Virus record (IMG/VR): IMGVR_UViG_3300031949_000016
Coordinates: 22,692 to 86,691 of that record
Source: a virus
Lineage: Duplodnaviria > Caudoviricetes
Length of the DNA: 64,000 nucleotides
Reading direction: 5' to 3' (one strand)
Part shown: positions 61,520-64,000 of the stretch, piece by piece
How the letters are laid out: every line of letters begins with the position of its first letter
Numbering within the stretch: the first letter of the stretch is position 1
The notes under the pieces: generated by a model
The model's input: the letters and a program-made list of their open reading frames with translations, nothing else
Told to the model about the DNA's origin: nothing
Database searches by the model: none
Position numbers and translations under genes: made by a program

Positions 61520-62233
61520 ATGAAACACTCTGACGCGCTCGCCATCACCCAATCCCTCCTAGACAAGCTCCGCCCCCACGTCCTCCGCGCCGAAATCGCC
61601 GGCAGCCTTAGACGTGGCAAACCCGAAGTCCACGACGCCGAGATCGTCTGCATCCCCATCACCGGCGTCTTCACCCTGCGCGATATGTTCGACCAACCGA
61701 TCAAGGACATCACCACCAACGCCCTGGAAGTCTACCTATCCCAATCTCTCGCCTCCGGCGTATGGGACTGGGAACTCGATCCCATCGTCCCCCGCAACGG
61801 CCCCAAATACAAACGCCTGCGCTATTCCCCCTCTCCCTCAAAGGGAGAGGGCCGGGGTTATGGTGAGGGCCTCTGCGTCGACCTCTTCATCACCACCCCC
61901 CGCGCCTGGGGCTGCATCTACGCCATCCGCACCGGCCCGCACGACTTCAGCAAAATGCTCGTCACCCGCGCGCAGCGCATGGGCTGGTTCGTCGAAGGTG
62001 GCTTGCTACACCAGCACCTGCGCACCTACAAAACCAACCCGAAAACCGGCGAAGACGAACCGCAACCCTGCCCATCCGGTGACGCCTGCCCGCTCGTCGC
62101 CAACACCCCCGAAGAAATCGACTTCTTCGCCAAACTCGGTCTCCCATTCATCGAACCCGATCGCCGCGTCATAACTCCCTCTCCCTTGAAGGGAGAGGGC
62201 CGGGGTGAGGGTATGGTTGGGGCAGGGGGGTAA
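61520..62233 (+). CDS. Minimal family-X DNA polymerase/nucleotidyltransferase
   Basis: IAGSLRRGK..VHDAE, VDLF, RTG, LGLPFIEP. Confidence 0.8.
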   Translation: MKHSDALAITQSLLDKLRPHVLRAEIAGSLRRGKPEVHDAEIVCIPITGVFTLRDMFDQPIKDITTNALEVYLSQSLASGVWDWELDPIVPRNGPKYKRLRYSPSPSKGEGRGYGEGLCVDLFITTPRAWGCIYAIRTGPHDFSKMLVTRAQRMGWFVEGGLLHQHLRTYKTNPKTGEDEPQPCPSGDACPLVANTPEEIDFFAKLGLPFIEPDRRVITPSPLKGEGRGEGMVGAGG

Positions 62234-62235
62234 TC

Positions 62236-62544
62236 ATGGGCTGGAATCAAGGCTTTACAATCATGGAAACATCGGTCATTACCTTATATGATGAACTTCA
62301 AGGCAACCTGACACCCGAAACACTCAACCGGCTTATGCAGCCCTACGTCAATACCGACATCGATCATGGCGGCAAGTATGGCCTTAAATCGTTCGATGGC
62401 CTTGAAGTGGAAGAGATCATCGCCAAAGTGATGAAACCAAAGCAATACGCTGACCACCTGGCAAGGCGTGACACCGCAGCCTGGTGGAATTGGATCGACG
62501 AGATGTGGTATGACATCACTCGCAAACACTGGAAATTCTGGTAG
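62236..62544 (+). CDS. Hypothetical protein
   Basis: ORF track. Confidence 0.55.
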   Translation: MGWNQGFTIMETSVITLYDELQGNLTPETLNRLMQPYVNTDIDHGGKYGLKSFDGLEVEEIIAKVMKPKQYADHLARRDTAAWWNWIDEMWYDITRKHWKFW

Positions 62545-62555
62545 GAGGCTAACCA

Positions 62556-62849
62556 ATGGAACAATACCCATCTTCCGGTAGTATGTTACTCGACCTTCTC
62601 CCATTCGCCGTCGTCCTACTCGCTGGCGTTGTCCTAAGCCTCACCTATCACCTGCGCGCCGCCATCACCAATCTGCGCGCTCTCGAAGACGACAACGCCT
62701 TCCTTAAAGAGATGATCGCCCGCTACGGACGTGATGCACTCTACTGGCAGCACGTCTCCGACGGCGGCTCCTTCGCCCCCTTCATCGAATCGCTCGACGT
62801 CGACAAACGCCTGCACCAACGTCCATCCCATAACACGAGGACCCCATGA
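62556..62849 (+). CDS. Hypothetical protein with N-terminal TM
   Basis: AGGAGG RBS. Confidence 0.6.
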   Translation: MEQYPSSGSMLLDLLPFAVVLLAGVVLSLTYHLRAAITNLRALEDDNAFLKEMIARYGRDALYWQHVSDGGSFAPFIESLDVDKRLHQRPSHNTRTP

Positions 62850-63370
62850 ACAACAAACGCCGCTTCTCCGCCACCCAACAAACCACCGTTGCCGACCTTC
62901 AGCGCGTGATGATTAAGATCGGCGCTACCTCACTCCGCATCGACCAGGACGTCATGAACGGCAGCGTCAAAGTCGTCTTCGATCGCGCTGGCCGCCGCTA
63001 CACCCGCGAGTGCCAGCACTGGGTCAGTTCCATCGACAACCTGCGCGCCATCGGCCTGCAGATCGAATACCTGTACCGCGCGCTCGAAGTCTACGGCGTC
63101 GAGATGAGCGAATCGTCGTTCGATCAAGAGTTTGACACCATCTTTGGCGGCTTGATTGCCGCCCCCGACGACCCGGCGCTGCTGCTGGGCAGTGGTCACG
63201 CCATGTGGTTTGAAGTCCTCGGCGTGAAAGCCGACGCGACCAAGACCGATATTCGCAACGCCTTCCGCGCCCTGTCGAAGATCCATCATCCCGACACTGG
63301 CGGCGCCCCGGCCGATTTCAAACGCCTGCGCGAAGCCTACGACACCGGCATCAAAAGCGCCAAGAAGTAG
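62846..63370 (+). CDS. Protein with C-terminal DnaJ J-domain
   Basis: WFEVLGV...AFRALSKIHHPDTGG. Confidence 0.85.
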   Translation: MNNKRRFSATQQTTVADLQRVMIKIGATSLRIDQDVMNGSVKVVFDRAGRRYTRECQHWVSSIDNLRAIGLQIEYLYRALEVYGVEMSESSFDQEFDTIFGGLIAAPDDPALLLGSGHAMWFEVLGVKADATKTDIRNAFRALSKIHHPDTGGAPADFKRLREAYDTGIKSAKK

Positions 63371-63417
63371 TCTCACCCATGACTATAACTCTAACTCTAA
63401 CTGAAAGGAGTACCCCC

Positions 63418-64000
63418 ATGCCACTCCACCTCAGCAAACCCGGCGACCGCGTCCTCATCATCGAAGACATCCGCCCCGGCCATCCCGCCACCGGACAGAT
63501 CGGCATCTACGAAGGCAGCTTCCCATTCACCGTCGCCATCTTCAACGTCGATAAATGGCTGGCAGGCGAATGGAGTTACGCGGACTACGAATCTGGTCAG
63601 CTGGTGATCGATGACGAGTACACCGTCAAAGAAATTGCGCCCCTATGGGCCGGCGGAAAGAAACCAGCCTCGGGCTGCTACGCCATGCCCATCAACAACC
63701 CCCGCATCCGGTTCCCCGACGGCTCCGTCATCTGGGGCGCCGAATGCTGGTGGGGTGATGCTGCCACCGCACCTCCCACCCTGGCCGAAGCCCAACAATC
63801 ACTCGAAGACCACAAAGACTTCCTGCGCGAGCTCTATCACAGCATGGCCGAATCCAGCCGCGCCGAATCAGTCGAATCTATTAAATCTTTCGAGATCGAT
63901 TACGTCAGCGAAGAAATCGTCCAGCGCACCGCCGAAGCCATGAGCCTCAACCCCATCCAGGCTTACGCCCCCGACCTGATCACCAAGGAACAGTTCGAGG
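63418..64000 (+). CDS. Hypothetical protein, runs off window edge
   Basis: AAAGGAG RBS; manual translation open to the end. Confidence 0.65.
   Translation, partial: MPLHLSKPGDRVLIIEDIRPGHPATGQIGIYEGSFPFTVAIFNVDKWLAGEWSYADYESGQLVIDDEYTVKEIAPLWAGGKKPASGCYAMPINNPRIRFPDGSVIWGAECWWGDAATAPPTLAEAQQSLEDHKDFLRELYHSMAESSRAESVESIKSFEIDYVSEEIVQRTAEAMSLNPIQAYAPDLITKEQFE

Larger units (their letters stand above)
15061..62212 (+). repeat. Dispersed REP-like family A: CCCTCTCCC-loop-GGGAGAGGG-NN-GGGGTGAGGG
   Basis: About 13 copies near 15061, 16265, 16700, 21645, 26451, 41358, 43845, 54977, 57374, 59107, 60220, 61827, 62177. Confidence 0.9.
1..64000. mobile_element. Temperate dsDNA phage genome segment, apparently unintegrated form
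   Basis: Terminase pair, portal-like gene, serine integrase, repressor switch and initiator/loader present; phage-type genes on both sides of the integrase; no host housekeeping genes. Confidence 0.9.

Noticed and set aside
1-64000. tRNA, rRNA, IS transposase, or stop-codon reassignment
   Set aside because: No cloverleaf or rRNA-like tract seen by eye, no DDE or HUH transposase ORF, and genes are intact under the standard code; a tRNAscan run would be needed to exclude tRNAs firmly

Overview
The whole window reads as part of a temperate dsDNA phage genome. Host is unknown; a GC-rich host such as Chloroflexota is only my guess. Left arm, mostly - strand late genes: a holin-like cassette, terminase small and large subunits, a probable portal, a ~6,980-aa polyvalent protein (zincin-like, ParB-like, GGDEF, N6-adenine MTase, SF2 helicase and ddrB-type ParB domains) and a nucleotide-sugar modification block (split transketolase, SDR epimerase, SAM methyltransferase). 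Centre: large serine integrase and a repressor/RHH switch. Right arm, + strand early genes: DdrB-like SSB, HNH-AP2, initiator with iterons, DnaC-like loader, a methyltransferase with 7-8 SPPY-type modules, a minimal PolX and a J-domain protein. Phage genes flank the integrase on both sides, so this looks like the unintegrated form. No major capsid, tail or endolysin gene was recognised. The most striking element is an antisense cassette at 27090-28429: a consensus promoter, an Arc-like gene, a solitary Cas7/RAMP-like gene and two non-coding (NGC-NN)n pentamer arrays. I interpret it as a candidate RNA-guided system of the VIPR type. Other notable signals: an out-of-frame gene nested in the giant ORF, three copies of a promoter-leader-hairpin unit, several families of co-oriented REP-like palindromes often translated in frame, and small cassettes bounded by duplicated gene 3' ends. 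All protein family calls come from reading motifs by eye; no database searches were run.
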